Virus record (IMG/VR): IMGVR_UViG_3300010373_001364
Span: 1-48,115 of that record
From: a virus
Taxonomy: Duplodnaviria; Heunggongvirae; Uroviricota; Caudoviricetes
Strand: one strand, 5' to 3'
DNA: 48,115 nucleotides
In this document: one piece after another, positions 8,519-18,430 of the stretch
Position numbering within the stretch: position 1 is the first letter of the stretch
How the letters are laid out: every line of letters starts with the position of its first letter
Program-made: the position numbers and the translations under genes
The notes under the pieces: generated by a model
Told to the model about the DNA's origin: nothing
What the model saw: only the letters and a program-made list of their open reading frames with translations
Database searches by the model: none

Positions 8519-9496
8519 ATGCCGAAACATAACCAAGACGAATGTCTGCCACCTCAAGAAAATCCTAACATCGGTCAGGATGCTACATCTGACCAGTGTT
8601 CCGGTGTTCTACCGCCATCTCTGAAGAACGTCGCGGCAGAAATGCATCCTAAACCAAACCAAAAGGTAGGTTACGGTCACTTCGCCGATTGTGACCCCAT
8701 GCAAACGGGTCAGATCACCGAGAACATGATGAAGGAGCCGGTGCGGACACACGATGGCACCGTTATCTATCGCTACTCCAAGGCAATTCGCGGCGCGGAT
8801 GAAGCCGTCAAAGAGATGTTTAATAACTTGGTCTGCATTGATGAAATGGGCGATGTGGTTCCGGTGCCTATCATTTGGGGCACTCAGGAAAGAGCCGTAG
8901 CTCACGTTTTGCAGAACAACATTCGTCAAGACAGCAGCCTTGTGGTCGTCCGGTTGAAACTGCCCATGTTGTCAATCTACAACAGCGGCATCAGCTTCAA
9001 CCAAGACAGGTACATTTACCACCAGGCTATTGATTACTTCCGAAATATCCGCCCAGACAAAAAACCTGGCTTCACCACAATGGAAAATCGCCATGAACGT
9101 GACACGGTTTTTGGTGTTGCCAGGGGCATACCTATCGACATCAATTACCAGTTGACGGCGTGGACACTTTACGTCGAGGATATGAATCAAATCGTGGAGC
9201 AGGTACTTCTGAAATTCTCCCCTGTTGCATATATACAGGTGCAAGGTGTCCATAATTGGGAAGTCATAGCAAAGCTAGACTCCATTGGCAACAACCTTGA
9301 GACAGAGCCAGGCGACCAACAGTTGAGGTTGGTGAAGTTTCAGTTCGGTATTACCGTTGAGTCCTTCATCCCACAGCCGATTGTTAGGAAGAAGGCTGTG
9401 CTAGACCAGAGGATTGATATCGTCAATGGTCTGAGCGAGGAAGAGATCACGGAAGTGCTGGGCAGATTGGAAAAAACGGTCAGTGACAAAAGTTGA
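8519..9496 (+). CDS. Tail terminator / sheath stabilizer, T4 gp15-like
   Basis: VPIIWG..E, LPMLS, P.DINYQL..WT...EDMNQIVEQVLLKFSP; lies upstream of sheath and tube. Confidence 0.8.
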   Translation: MPKHNQDECLPPQENPNIGQDATSDQCSGVLPPSLKNVAAEMHPKPNQKVGYGHFADCDPMQTGQITENMMKEPVRTHDGTVIYRYSKAIRGADEAVKEMFNNLVCIDEMGDVVPVPIIWGTQERAVAHVLQNNIRQDSSLVVVRLKLPMLSIYNSGISFNQDRYIYHQAIDYFRNIRPDKKPGFTTMENRHERDTVFGVARGIPIDINYQLTAWTLYVEDMNQIVEQVLLKFSPVAYIQVQGVHNWEVIAKLDSIGNNLETEPGDQQLRLVKFQFGITVESFIPQPIVRKKAVLDQRIDIVNGLSEEEITEVLGRLEKTVSDKS

Positions 9497-9502
9497 GGTC
9501 AG

Positions 9503-9712
9503 ATGATTCGCATTGAAAATAGAGGAAGAGGTCCAGTGCAGCTTGTGGTTCGCTCAAAGGTTCACAATGGTGGGTTCACCACACTAAACATCCCTGGAGT
9601 GGGTGCTGGTAAAAACTTCTACGATCTTGAGGACGAACTCATGACGGAATATGTGGAGAGATCCGAGAAAAAGGGCGAGATCACCACTAAGTATGTAAAC
9701 ACTGTTAATTGA
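9503..9712 (+). CDS. Small hypothetical protein in tail operon
   Basis: gaggt RBS; fills the gap between the gp15-like and sheath genes. Confidence 0.7.
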   Translation: MIRIENRGRGPVQLVVRSKVHNGGFTTLNIPGVGAGKNFYDLEDELMTEYVERSEKKGEITTKYVNTVN

Positions 9713-9725
9713 GGGAGAGTAACAC

Positions 9726-12125
9726 ATGGCGATTCTCTTGGGATTCCCACCAACTAATACGATCAGTCCAAGTGTTCGTATTACCGAACTTGACCTTAGC
9801 TTCGTGGCTTCTACCCCTGCTCCGAATATCGCGGGCTTGGTAGGTTTTGCTACGAAGGGTCCGATCAATGTGCCGACCTTGATTACTTCTACTCGACAGT
9901 TGCACAAGGTCTTCGGCTACCCGTTGACGACTTTGACTGCTCCATATCTGATTTATGCAGCGGAGCAGTACCTGTCTGTTTCCACTCAGCTTTATATTGT
10001 CCGTTGCGGCGCAACTGATCCGCTGAGTGGTGACTTGGCGCTAACTGCCGGTATCGAGGTTCCAAGTGCCGGTGGTCCTGTGACCATCGTGTCAAATGCG
10101 GCTTACCCCTATGCACCAAATAACGACAGCTTCTTCCGTTGGAGGTTGAACGGCGCTCTCTCCCAGAAGTTGCTAGTCGTCCTGTCACCAGCCGACCGCC
10201 CCGCTCCGAACACGGGCGTATCTTATGATACTGCTGGCTTGGTAAGTGCCCTGAATGCTCAATTGGTGCCGCAGGATGGTATCACTTTCTACGCCGATCC
10301 AACAACGGGTAACATCGCAGTCAAGACCACTTTCAGCTATGGTCCTACTGCCACGCTTGAATTGGTGTCTGTAAAGAACGCCATGTATGGTCCGACCGTA
10401 ACGGTAAACTCCGGTACTGGTGCTATCACCTTGACCAACAGCGTCTTTGGTTTGGGTTTGGGCATGTTGCCAGCCCAGAACGTCGGTACTTTGAGTAAAT
10501 ACCCGAATAATAGCTACCAGACGGCGGGCACCTACGATCTATCTGGTGTAACGAACCCGAACTTGCAGGTTGTTGTTGATGGAACTGGTTCCAGTGCAAT
10601 TGACCTTGTGGTTCAGACCGTGACTTTGACCGCCAAGTCGTATACGGCAATTACCCTGGCAGCGGCTATCAACAACTATGTGAGTGCCAACCTCCCAGGT
10701 GGCTTCCAGGCATACGTCGTGGGCAACAACGTCGCCTTGACGACGAACAGCAGTGGAAATGATGCCCGCATTTTGGTGAAGTCTTCTAGCACCATCGCCG
10801 CTCTGCTTGGTCTATCCACTGCCACCGTGCTTGGTAGCAGCCCGCAGGGTGCAGCGAGCGATACGACCACCTACAACGATGGTATTGTCACCGGCTCTAC
10901 CAACACGACGAGTGCCGATGTATTCAACTTGACCGCCGAATCTCCTGGTACGACTGGTAACTTAACCCAGGTTGTTATTACCAACAACGTCGCTGCCGGT
11001 AGCTTCAACATTCAGGTTTACTCCAACGGTGCTAACGTCGAGTCTTGGGGCAACTTGGTATTGAACGACCCGACGAGCAGGCTGTACGCCGACGCTTTCT
11101 TGGCTTTGGTTTCCAGCTACGTCCGCACCGTAACCAACACGACTGTGACCGGCTTGCCGGCACCGGGAACTTATTCCCTAAGCGGTGGTACAGACGGTAT
11201 TCCAAGTGATCCAGACTCTCAGGATCAGTTGATCATCGGTAGTGATATCTCTATGACTGGTATGCAGGCTTTCAGCGACCCTGAGCAGGTTGACATCGAC
11301 TTGGTTGCTGTTCCGGGTCATAGCAGCACAGCAGTCGTAACCTCCTTGATCAACCTCTGTGCCCAGAGTCGCCAAGACTGCATGGCAATCATTGATCCCC
11401 CATTCGCCTTCACGGTTGACGAAATTGTTGCATGGCAGAACGGTACTCACCCGTTGAACAATGTTCAATTTGATAGCAGCTATGCAGCACTGTATTGGCC
11501 TTGGGTTAAGGTTCAGGACACCTACAATCAGATCAGTGTCTGGGTGCCACCATCCGGCTCCGTGATTGCAACCTATGTGTTGAACGACCTCCTCGGCGCA
11601 CCTTGGATGGCTCCAGCAGGTTTGAATCGTGGTGCTGTACCTAACGTCGAGGCTGTGTATTCCGCGCCTACCGGCGAGCAGCGTGATGAGATGTACGGTG
11701 GTGTCAACGCCATCAACCCGATCATTCAGTTCCCAGGTACTGTAGGCTTCTACATCTGGGGTCAGAAGACATTGCAGCGTAAGCAGTCGGCTCTGAACCG
11801 CGTCAATGTCCGTCGCTGTATGTTGTACATCGAGAAGACGATCAAGGAACAATCTCGTTTCTTGTTGTTTGAACCAAATGACAGCACCCTTCAGGGTCAG
11901 TTCACAAGGATTGCTGGTCAGGTCTTGGACAATGTTAAGACCCAGCGTGGCTTGTACGACTTCTTCATCAAGTGCGATGCCGAATTGAACACGCCTGATG
12001 TGATTGAACAGAACCAGTTGAGAGCGCAAATTGGTGTACAACCAGTTTACGCCGCAGAATTTATCTTGATTGAGTTCACGGTTAATGCACCGGGAAGCTT
12101 CACTGCACCAGCTAATACCTTCTAA
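9726..12125 (+). CDS. Contractile tail sheath protein (gp18-like)
   Basis: SPSVRITELDLS, GFATKGP, YAALYWPW, VPPSG, PWMAPAGLNRG, WGQKT, RVNVRR, FEPND and AEFI. Confidence 0.97.
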   Translation: MAILLGFPPTNTISPSVRITELDLSFVASTPAPNIAGLVGFATKGPINVPTLITSTRQLHKVFGYPLTTLTAPYLIYAAEQYLSVSTQLYIVRCGATDPLSGDLALTAGIEVPSAGGPVTIVSNAAYPYAPNNDSFFRWRLNGALSQKLLVVLSPADRPAPNTGVSYDTAGLVSALNAQLVPQDGITFYADPTTGNIAVKTTFSYGPTATLELVSVKNAMYGPTVTVNSGTGAITLTNSVFGLGLGMLPAQNVGTLSKYPNNSYQTAGTYDLSGVTNPNLQVVVDGTGSSAIDLVVQTVTLTAKSYTAITLAAAINNYVSANLPGGFQAYVVGNNVALTTNSSGNDARILVKSSSTIAALLGLSTATVLGSSPQGAASDTTTYNDGIVTGSTNTTSADVFNLTAESPGTTGNLTQVVITNNVAAGSFNIQVYSNGANVESWGNLVLNDPTSRLYADAFLALVSSYVRTVTNTTVTGLPAPGTYSLSGGTDGIPSDPDSQDQLIIGSDISMTGMQAFSDPEQVDIDLVAVPGHSSTAVVTSLINLCAQSRQDCMAIIDPPFAFTVDEIVAWQNGTHPLNNVQFDSSYAALYWPWVKVQDTYNQISVWVPPSGSVIATYVLNDLLGAPWMAPAGLNRGAVPNVEAVYSAPTGEQRDEMYGGVNAINPIIQFPGTVGFYIWGQKTLQRKQSALNRVNVRRCMLYIEKTIKEQSRFLLFEPNDSTLQGQFTRIAGQVLDNVKTQRGLYDFFIKCDAELNTPDVIEQNQLRAQIGVQPVYAAEFILIEFTVNAPGSFTAPANTF

Positions 12126-12136
12126 GGAGATGAAAT

Positions 12137-12790
12137 ATGGCAACTAACACTAGCCTTTTTGGTGCGCAACCCACCATTCAAGCGGGGCAAAAAAGGAACA
12201 TGGGTCTGGGTTCTTTGGGACTTGCGACCACCTCTATCAAGAGAAAGTTCCGTTGGACGTTGGTAATTTACCCTTACTGCAATGGTATCGGTCCAGTGGG
12301 TCCGAACTTCTGCAAGGTGGCTTCACGTCCCAACTATGACATTGAGGAGACGGAACTAAACTTCCTTAATGCAAAGACATGGATCGCCGGTAAGTTGACC
12401 TGGCAGTCCATCACGGCGACATTCATTGACGCCGGTGCTGTTGAAATTCAGAACCTGTATATGTGGATTGGAACGAACGCCCGCTTGGATAACAACCAGG
12501 CTTTCTTCCAGGGCACCACATTTCAGGATTACGCAGCCCAGGCAGAGTTGACCCTCTTCACAGGTTGCGGTATGCCGATGGAGTCTTGGCTGCTTGGAAA
12601 CGTATGGCCACAGGCTGTTAACTTCGGTGAATTGGATTACACCTCTTCCGAAGAGGCAACAATTGAATTGACCTTGCGTTACGATAGCGTGAAGTATTTC
12701 AGCTACTGCCCACAGGTCACTTTCGCGTCTTGCTGCAATCCATGCACAGTCGCTCCTGCTACAGGAAATTCCTTGGCTGCCGTTCAGTGA
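12137..12790 (+). CDS. Tail tube protein (gp19-like)
   Basis: KRKFRW, RP, GK.TW, W.L...WP..VNFGELDY and IELTLRYD; follows the sheath with an aaggag RBS. Confidence 0.9.
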   Translation: MATNTSLFGAQPTIQAGQKRNMGLGSLGLATTSIKRKFRWTLVIYPYCNGIGPVGPNFCKVASRPNYDIEETELNFLNAKTWIAGKLTWQSITATFIDAGAVEIQNLYMWIGTNARLDNNQAFFQGTTFQDYAAQAELTLFTGCGMPMESWLLGNVWPQAVNFGELDYTSSEEATIELTLRYDSVKYFSYCPQVTFASCCNPCTVAPATGNSLAAVQ

Positions 12791-12815
12791 TAGTCAAGAA
12801 ATTGAATACTGTAAT

Positions 12816-12849
12816 AAATACGGTAGGTGCCAAACACCTACCGTATTTT
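12816..12849 (+). terminator. Terminator hairpin overlapping a TAAATA late-promoter motif (12815-12820)
   Basis: aaatacggtaggtg-ccaaa-cacctaccgtattt 14 bp stem after the tube gene. Confidence 0.75.
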
Positions 12850-12866
12850 CATTTCTAGGGGAAACA

Positions 12867-13517
12867 ATGGGCGTAAACATGGGAATGCACCCCCTTCTTG
12901 TCAAGGGTGGCGATAAGAGAAAGTTCCGCTGGATGTTTAGTATTCAGCCGTATGTTGGGGATCAGGTTTCCATGTTGCCACCTCTTAAGAGCGCACGCCC
13001 CAACGTCTCCTTCAAGGAATACCAAGCCGAACACATTCACGAAACGATTTACTTCCCAGGAAAAGTGGAATGGCAGACGGTAGACTTGTCTTTGTACGAC
13101 ATCAAATGCAAAGAAAACCCCATCTATGAATGGATGAAGCTGATCTACAACCCGGACCCAGATGCACCTTCCGGGTTTGGGGCGACTGGAGGTTTTTATG
13201 GTCCGTCTCTATCTCAACAATCAGGCGGAACACAGTACAAGACCACGGCGCAGGTGACTATGTACAATGGCTGTGGCGATACTCTGGAGACGTGGATCTA
13301 CATGAACGCATACCCCGCTAAGATTGATTGGGGTGATTTGGATATGTCGTCCAACGACCTGACCACAGCAGATATCACTTTGCGTTTCGACAGGGCTTAC
13401 ATACTTCAGAGTACGCCATTCCAACAGCAGGGTGGAGGTGGCGGTGCATTTGGTGCTGCGCCGTCAATTCCCAAAAACTTGCTGTTAAACAACATAGGTG
13501 GAACGGGAGGGTTTTAA
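12867..13517 (+). CDS. Second tail tube-like protein (gp19/gp54-like initiator)
   Basis: Paralog of 12137..12790: KRKFRW, RPN, GKVEW, YP..IDWGDLD, ITLRFD. Confidence 0.85.
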   Translation: MGVNMGMHPLLVKGGDKRKFRWMFSIQPYVGDQVSMLPPLKSARPNVSFKEYQAEHIHETIYFPGKVEWQTVDLSLYDIKCKENPIYEWMKLIYNPDPDAPSGFGATGGFYGPSLSQQSGGTQYKTTAQVTMYNGCGDTLETWIYMNAYPAKIDWGDLDMSSNDLTTADITLRFDRAYILQSTPFQQQGGGGGAFGAAPSIPKNLLLNNIGGTGGF

Positions 13518-13756
13518 GTCTCCTCATCCTCCCAACCAAGGTCGCCCTGAAGGAGCATTTTGCACTCCTTCAGAGCGTCCTCAAGTTGCTTGGGTTTCCA
13601 TCCCAATTCTCTACAGGCTGCTGATTTGTTGAGCCTACCTTTTTTGGTGTAGCTGTCGTCCATTAAAAGGACATCAACAAGCTGACCATAGCCTCGATCT
13701 ATCAGCTTCTGAATTAGTTCCTGTCTTTCAAGTAGTTCGGTGAATGCTTTTTTCAT
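13514..13756 (-). CDS. Small helix-turn-helix protein downstream of late sigma
   Basis: RLNKSAACRELGWKPKQLEDAL HTH-like segment. Confidence 0.6.
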   Translation of the reverse strand: MKKAFTELLERQELIQKLIDRGYGQLVDVLLMDDSYTKKGRLNKSAACRELGWKPKQLEDALKECKMLLQGDLGWEDEET

Positions 13757-13793
13757 ACTGATACATTAACTATAGATGCCATTTAGCATCTTG

Positions 13794-14255
13794 TCAATCG
13801 TCATGATCGTAGTTGTTGCCACCACGACGGACAGCTTCAGCTATAAGGCTGAAGATGCGATCCTGGTTTATCTTGCTGAGGAAGTCGTAGTAGCGTTCTT
13901 TGAGTTGTTTGTAGTTCTTGGCAGTGCGGTACAGTTGACGGAAGTGGTTTAGTGTGCAGGTAGTGAAATAGTTAAATGCTTTACTTTTGTTGCCAGATTC
14001 GGTAACGTAGTTAGGATCAAAGCAATTCAGCTTCTCAAAGCAAATCATGACGCCTTCTTGCATCATGTCATCGCGGTCGATCAATTGAAACTTGAATGCG
14101 CGGATTATGTTGTCGGCAAGGATATAAAAAGCCTCGGCAAGTTGGTGTTCTGCTTTGCCGAAATCGACTGGCTTTTTCTTGCGGACCCGGTGATACTTCT
14201 TGAAATTGGCAATCAACTCCTCGAAGACTTTGTTGTTGAGATACTCAATAGACAT
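13794..14255 (-). CDS. gp55: Late transcription sigma factor, T4 gp55-like
   Basis: YLNNK, F.ILADNI, DDMMQEG..IC...L.CFDP, AFNYFTT...N.F; start taken at MSIEY (alternative 14309). Confidence 0.88.
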   Translation of the reverse strand: MSIEYLNNKVFEELIANFKKYHRVRKKKPVDFGKAEHQLAEAFYILADNIIRAFKFQLIDRDDMMQEGVMICFEKLNCFDPNYVTESGNKSKAFNYFTTCTLNHFRQLYRTAKNYKQLKERYYDFLSKINQDRIFSLIAEAVRRGGNNYDHDD

Positions 14256-14423
14256 AGAGGTTCCATGTTGCATGGTGACTCGACTGTCTTTCGACGCCCT
14301 TTGAGACACATGCTCAGCGGCGTACTTTCATTCATGCAACACAGGATGGCTCTTGCTTTCGCACCGTGTATATTTCGGTATCTATATGTGTAGTACCCCA
14401 ACTTGAGAAAATGTGAGGGAAAA

Positions 14424-14612
14424 ATGGAACCCATACAAGTTTTCCTTGAGATGCTCCAGTATCCCAACTCTCCTAAAGTATACAGGTCGCTACGCGACCT
14501 GTATCATCAGATAGGAAAGTCTCATGAATCCAAAGCTTTTTCACATCTTTTGGAAGTGAAATTCAACGAGTTGCCAGATGATAACAACACTGATACTCAC
14601 CAAAGACCATGA
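14424..14612 (+). CDS. Small hypothetical protein
   Basis: gaggga RBS then ATG; overlaps the next gene. Confidence 0.55.
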   Translation: MEPIQVFLEMLQYPNSPKVYRSLRDLYHQIGKSHESKAFSHLLEVKFNELPDDNNTDTHQRP

Positions 14613-15543
14613 AGACATCATTCTCTCCACATTAGAAAGTGTCAAAAACCTTGGTCCTATCTTAATTGCCGATCTCGGCAGCAAGGATGAAACACGATCC
14701 GTTTGTGAAAGTACGGGTGCCAAAGTATACAACACACCTTTCAACTACAACTATAGTGCCATCCGCAACAATCTAGCAGCAAAAGCCACTACAGAGTGGT
14801 TGTTTTGGCTTAATCCCGGCGAGCTTCTTGCTTCCGGTCATGAGTATTTCGAGATCGAAAAGCCCGATCCCATGTATAGGGTAATGGTCCTCAAAGACGA
14901 TCTCCTCATGAAACAATCTCGTCTTTTTAGAAAAGGTGTAACAAAGTTTGTAAAGCCGGTCTTTGAGGAAATGGAGCCAGACCTTTCTGAGCAGACACTT
15001 CCCATTGTGATAACAGGGGAAGAGAAGTCTGATCACAAAACAATCACTGACTGCATTTTAAGATGGAGAGATAAAGAACCACTATCACCAGAACCCCTCT
15101 ACTACACCGCCTGTTTACAACTCATGTCCAGGCAGTATGAGCAGTTCCTTGGTACGGCTGAGCAGTTCTTGTTCTTGAAAAGAGGGATTGACGCAAGTGT
15201 AGTATTGACAAAGTATTACATAGCGTCCCTGGTGAGGAAAAGAAATGTGGGCAAGGCACTCCAGTTGACCTTGGAGTGCCTTGCCGCCTACCCTCTGATG
15301 GCAGAATTCTGGTGTATGTTAGGCGATTTATACCTGTTCTTCATCAAGGAGTATGACAGGGCGTACCAGTTTTACGAGAACGCAGTGATCCTTGGCAGTC
15401 AACGTCTGGCTGAGGACACGATGCCGATGGAAATAAGCAAGTACGATGAGTATCCGAAGCGGATGATGGCGGCGATTCAGCAGGTGATCCGCAAGGTCGT
15501 CCAAGTAGATAAAGATTCCTTAAGTGAAGACATAGAAACGTGA
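14578..15543 (+). CDS. Family 2 glycosyltransferase-like protein with C-terminal TPRs
   Basis: LILTKD.E, IADLGSKDET, YSAIRN, WLFWLNPGE (degenerate DxD); TPR helices. Confidence 0.8.
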   Translation: MITTLILTKDHEDIILSTLESVKNLGPILIADLGSKDETRSVCESTGAKVYNTPFNYNYSAIRNNLAAKATTEWLFWLNPGELLASGHEYFEIEKPDPMYRVMVLKDDLLMKQSRLFRKGVTKFVKPVFEEMEPDLSEQTLPIVITGEEKSDHKTITDCILRWRDKEPLSPEPLYYTACLQLMSRQYEQFLGTAEQFLFLKRGIDASVVLTKYYIASLVRKRNVGKALQLTLECLAAYPLMAEFWCMLGDLYLFFIKEYDRAYQFYENAVILGSQRLAEDTMPMEISKYDEYPKRMMAAIQQVIRKVVQVDKDSLSEDIET

Positions 15544-15727
15544 TGTTTGCCACCACGCCGCCACAACTCTGCACCCAGGTATTGAAGACAATACCAAAAC
15601 AAGAAGCAACAGCCCCACAGCAGTAAGAGATTTTCTTATGTTTGCTGCTGAGGAGCCACAGGTTTGTCACCACCAGCAGGAAGATCGCCCAATCCAGACC
15701 CCAATACCTGAAAATGATCTCTATCAT
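15344..15727 (-). CDS. Small membrane protein (short PnuC-like)
   Basis: About three hydrophobic segments in the first 75 aa; coupled to the CoaD-like gene by ATGA overlap. Confidence 0.5.
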   Translation of the reverse strand: MIEIIFRYWGLDWAIFLLVVTNLWLLSSKHKKISYCCGAVASCFGIVFNTWVQSCGGVVANITFLCLHLRNLYLLGRPCGSPAESPPSSASDTHRTCLFPSASCPQPDVDCQGSLRSRKTGTPCHTP

Positions 15728-17163
15728 TCCTTGAAATGCTCCAACACCTTGTCACCTACCCAGGCAAGGATGGTTTTGTCTCCGCGAGCTTTGGCGTCTA
15801 GCCAGCGGTGTTTACCTTCGATCACAATCACCTTACCGAAACCCTGGTAGTAGGGCGGTAATTCATTTTGGTCAATCACAATGGGACCAAGAGAGCGACT
15901 ATGGGGTAGGTGGCGTTTGCCAATGGTTCCTACCCCATCACTGATCGGAATCTCCTTGAGATGATACTTCTCGGACACCGCGACCTTGTGAGGGAAGGGA
16001 TCAAGGAGAGCTTCCACCTGCTCTTTGGTGATGACCTCGCTCCAATTGATTAAGCCGGTGAGCTTCAGCTTGTTCTGGAATTTCATCACCTCCTCATAGA
16101 AAGACTCCTCCAAAATGTCATTGAGCTTGCCCCAGGACGGATCAAAAGGACCGGCATCTGGATCAGCAATCTGTCCAAGAGAGCAATCAAGGTCCGTCCA
16201 CTTAGGGAGGTGACTAGAGGCAGATTTATTCAATCTGCCCTTGGGGGGAGTGGTGCCCTCGTAGATATTCAGGTTGGCATCACCGGATGCTTGTTGCTGA
16301 AGGGTGGTGCCATAGTCGTCGGGGAAGTCTTGGCTGGAGTAGCCCCAACCAACCGGACGAATGTTTTCAGGAAAACCAAGACCAATGGCGGGGTCATGGA
16401 TGTCAGCAACCTTGGGGTGGCATACCAGCCAGTCCTTGCCACTCTTCTCATCCTTCATCTCCACCTTATGACCATTGACGGAAAGGGCAACAATGTCGCG
16501 ATGCTTTTGTATCTCTTCCCTCTGTTTATCGATAGCCTTGTTGAAGCCGACCGGAGCGAAGCCCGCTGTAGTCGTTTCAAAAATGGACACCAGTTCCTTG
16601 TGCTTGACCCAATCCTTACCCTTGTAATGCTGAAGAAGAACCTCAGTCTGGCATCGTCCACACCACTCAAGCACCAAATCCCAGAAGTCCATCTGACAGG
16701 CTTTCTTGACGTTGGTGGAAGATATCTCCTGACGATCAGGAGGAGACATCAAATACATGAACTTGATGCTACCTGATTGGTTCTTCTTGCTCATGCAACG
16801 GTATATCTCCTGTTCATAATTCCAGTCGATATCATTTCTGATACCACGAACAATGAACACGGAGGGCACGTTACTCCAAAAATCAGTTTTCTTGTCGGCG
16901 GCTTTATAAAGACTATTAAGAAGCAGTCTGGAATACTCAACGATGTTGGGTGCATCCAGTTTCTTGATTTTCACCTTGGGCTTCCAATGATAATGCTCAG
17001 TAAGCATGTTCAGACGAACATCTTCTGAGAACACCGGGGTCTTACTATGGTTGGGACCAAGGACAACATGGACCTCATCGAAGATGGACTCCATCTGGTC
17101 AATGATCCAGAAGTGACCGAAATGTGGGGGGTCAAAGTGACCAGAATAGATGCCGATTTTCAT
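15724..17163 (-). CDS. coaD: Phosphopantetheine adenylyltransferase-like domain fused to a linker and a C-terminal ParB/Srx-like domain
   Basis: IYSGHFDPPHFGH, K.PVFS...R, VRGIR...D..YE, ISST.VK; C-terminal PIVID...VIEGKHRW..AKARG. Confidence 0.75.
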   Translation of the reverse strand: MKIGIYSGHFDPPHFGHFWIIDQMESIFDEVHVVLGPNHSKTPVFSEDVRLNMLTEHYHWKPKVKIKKLDAPNIVEYSRLLLNSLYKAADKKTDFWSNVPSVFIVRGIRNDIDWNYEQEIYRCMSKKNQSGSIKFMYLMSPPDRQEISSTNVKKACQMDFWDLVLEWCGRCQTEVLLQHYKGKDWVKHKELVSIFETTTAGFAPVGFNKAIDKQREEIQKHRDIVALSVNGHKVEMKDEKSGKDWLVCHPKVADIHDPAIGLGFPENIRPVGWGYSSQDFPDDYGTTLQQQASGDANLNIYEGTTPPKGRLNKSASSHLPKWTDLDCSLGQIADPDAGPFDPSWGKLNDILEESFYEEVMKFQNKLKLTGLINWSEVITKEQVEALLDPFPHKVAVSEKYHLKEIPISDGVGTIGKRHLPHSRSLGPIVIDQNELPPYYQGFGKVIVIEGKHRWLDAKARGDKTILAWVGDKVLEHFKE

Positions 17164-17546
17164 CAGTAAAGAATGTCCAAGTGGTTGACGATCACCGTGA
17201 CCTGATCTTCATAGCGTGCCACGGCGATTTGTTTTCTTCCTCTAGGGAGCTTACGGAGTCTGCTCTCCAGTTCGCTGATGGGGCAGTTTATCACAATCCA
17301 GTGATTCTCGGCAAGTCGCTCCTTCTCCTGCTCAACAGACTCGACTTCACGATTGGGAAAAAACTGTTCCAGCCTGTCCCTGTACTGAAAGAACTTAAGA
17401 TAGATGGCTCGGTTACATGCGCAGGTCGGATCTTTGACGACCTTCTCAATGTCCTCCCTTAATTCAGGAAAGAGCTTTTGGAAGCGTTCATCAAAGATCG
17501 CCTGCTTCACATCAAGGATACCGAGTTTACGCCTTACCTGTGCCAT
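17163..17546 (-). CDS. Hypothetical protein
   Basis: Start MAQVRRK after an aagga RBS; stop overlaps the next start; CxC motif. Confidence 0.65.
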   Translation of the reverse strand: MAQVRRKLGILDVKQAIFDERFQKLFPELREDIEKVVKDPTCACNRAIYLKFFQYRDRLEQFFPNREVESVEQEKERLAENHWIVINCPISELESRLRKLPRGRKQIAVARYEDQVTVIVNHLDILY

Positions 17547-17946
17547 TGTCCTTCTCATTCTTCTTGGCGGCAGCAGCCATCGCTGGCGCATCAAGCCAGT
17601 TGAGCAGGGCGGCAGCAGCCATCGAAACATAGCTGGTGGCAGCACCAGTAATGACTGGTGTCCATAACAGATAGAACGGGATACTCAACACCAAAGCAAA
17701 CCATCCCCAGAGTACATGGGAAAAAGTGTGATACCAGTAAATAGGCTGAAGAAGCAAGCCCATTACAGCACCAGCCCAGAAACCAGTACATTGATAACAG
17801 GTGATGAGTTCAATGACCCACGGCTGTGTGTCCCTGTACTTCTTGACGAGATCACCGCGCAGCTTTGCAAAGATGTTGCCGTCAACGATTAGGTGAGACA
17901 GCCCAATGCCGGCAACCAAAGCGATCAGAAAAAGTTCTAGTACCAT
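17527..17946 (-). CDS. DUF1360-like membrane protein
   Basis: ggagg RBS; TM helices; ELITCYQCTGFW motif. Confidence 0.75.
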   Translation of the reverse strand: MVLELFLIALVAGIGLSHLIVDGNIFAKLRGDLVKKYRDTQPWVIELITCYQCTGFWAGAVMGLLLQPIYWYHTFSHVLWGWFALVLSIPFYLLWTPVITGAATSYVSMAAAALLNWLDAPAMAAAAKKNEKDNGTGKA

Positions 17947-18001
17947 ATTACCTCCTATAAACAACTTAATCGAATGTTGGAGAAAAATCAACTTTCAAAT
18001 T

Positions 18002-18367
18002 TCACCTCCAAGTGCCTATATACAGATGATTCGCATCTCGGTGTAGGAACATCTCTCCTTCAATACCCAAACATTCAATCTGTTTTTGTGCTTCTGAAAT
18101 GGACACCTTATAGCTCTTGATGAGGGTATAGTCTAGTTTCTCAACTTTAACAGTTGTTCCAAAATGCTTTTCCAGGGTGCGAATGTGTTCGTCACCTAGC
18201 TGGTTCAGAAGGTCGAGTAGGGCTTTTTGCGCCATCGGACGTAACGATGGTGCAATTAGCCCTAACTTCCACTGCTGAAACAGGTCTTTGAATTCCGAGA
18301 GCTTCTTCTGCAACTCAAGGTCTTGGAAGATAAGTTTTTCTACGTTGGAAAAGTCAATGGTGATCAT
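18002..18367 (-). CDS. Hypothetical protein
   Basis: Open frame filling the gap; start MITIDF. Confidence 0.65.
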   Translation of the reverse strand: MITIDFSNVEKLIFQDLELQKKLSEFKDLFQQWKLGLIAPSLRPMAQKALLDLLNQLGDEHIRTLEKHFGTTVKVEKLDYTLIKSYKVSISEAQKQIECLGIEGEMFLHRDANHLYIGTWR

Positions 18368-18430
18368 AATCAAAATCAGCGAACACACACTACGCTTATA
18401 TCATAGTCCTAGTCTTTAAGGAGAACAAGT

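Noticed and set aside
11178-12143. 321-aa antisense ORF inside the tail sheath gene
   Set aside because: Shadow of a codon-biased, highly conserved gene; no recognisable motif.
8519-13517. Bacterial contractile injection system or tailocin instead of phage
   Set aside because: The neck protein, head-completion nuclease, gp55, helicase and UvsY-like genes indicate a lytic T4-like phage genome.
13514-13756. MKKAFTELLE as another capsid-targeting leader
   Set aside because: Weak match with no adjacent TAnATA, and the protein looks like a transcription-related HTH; left out of the CTS set.
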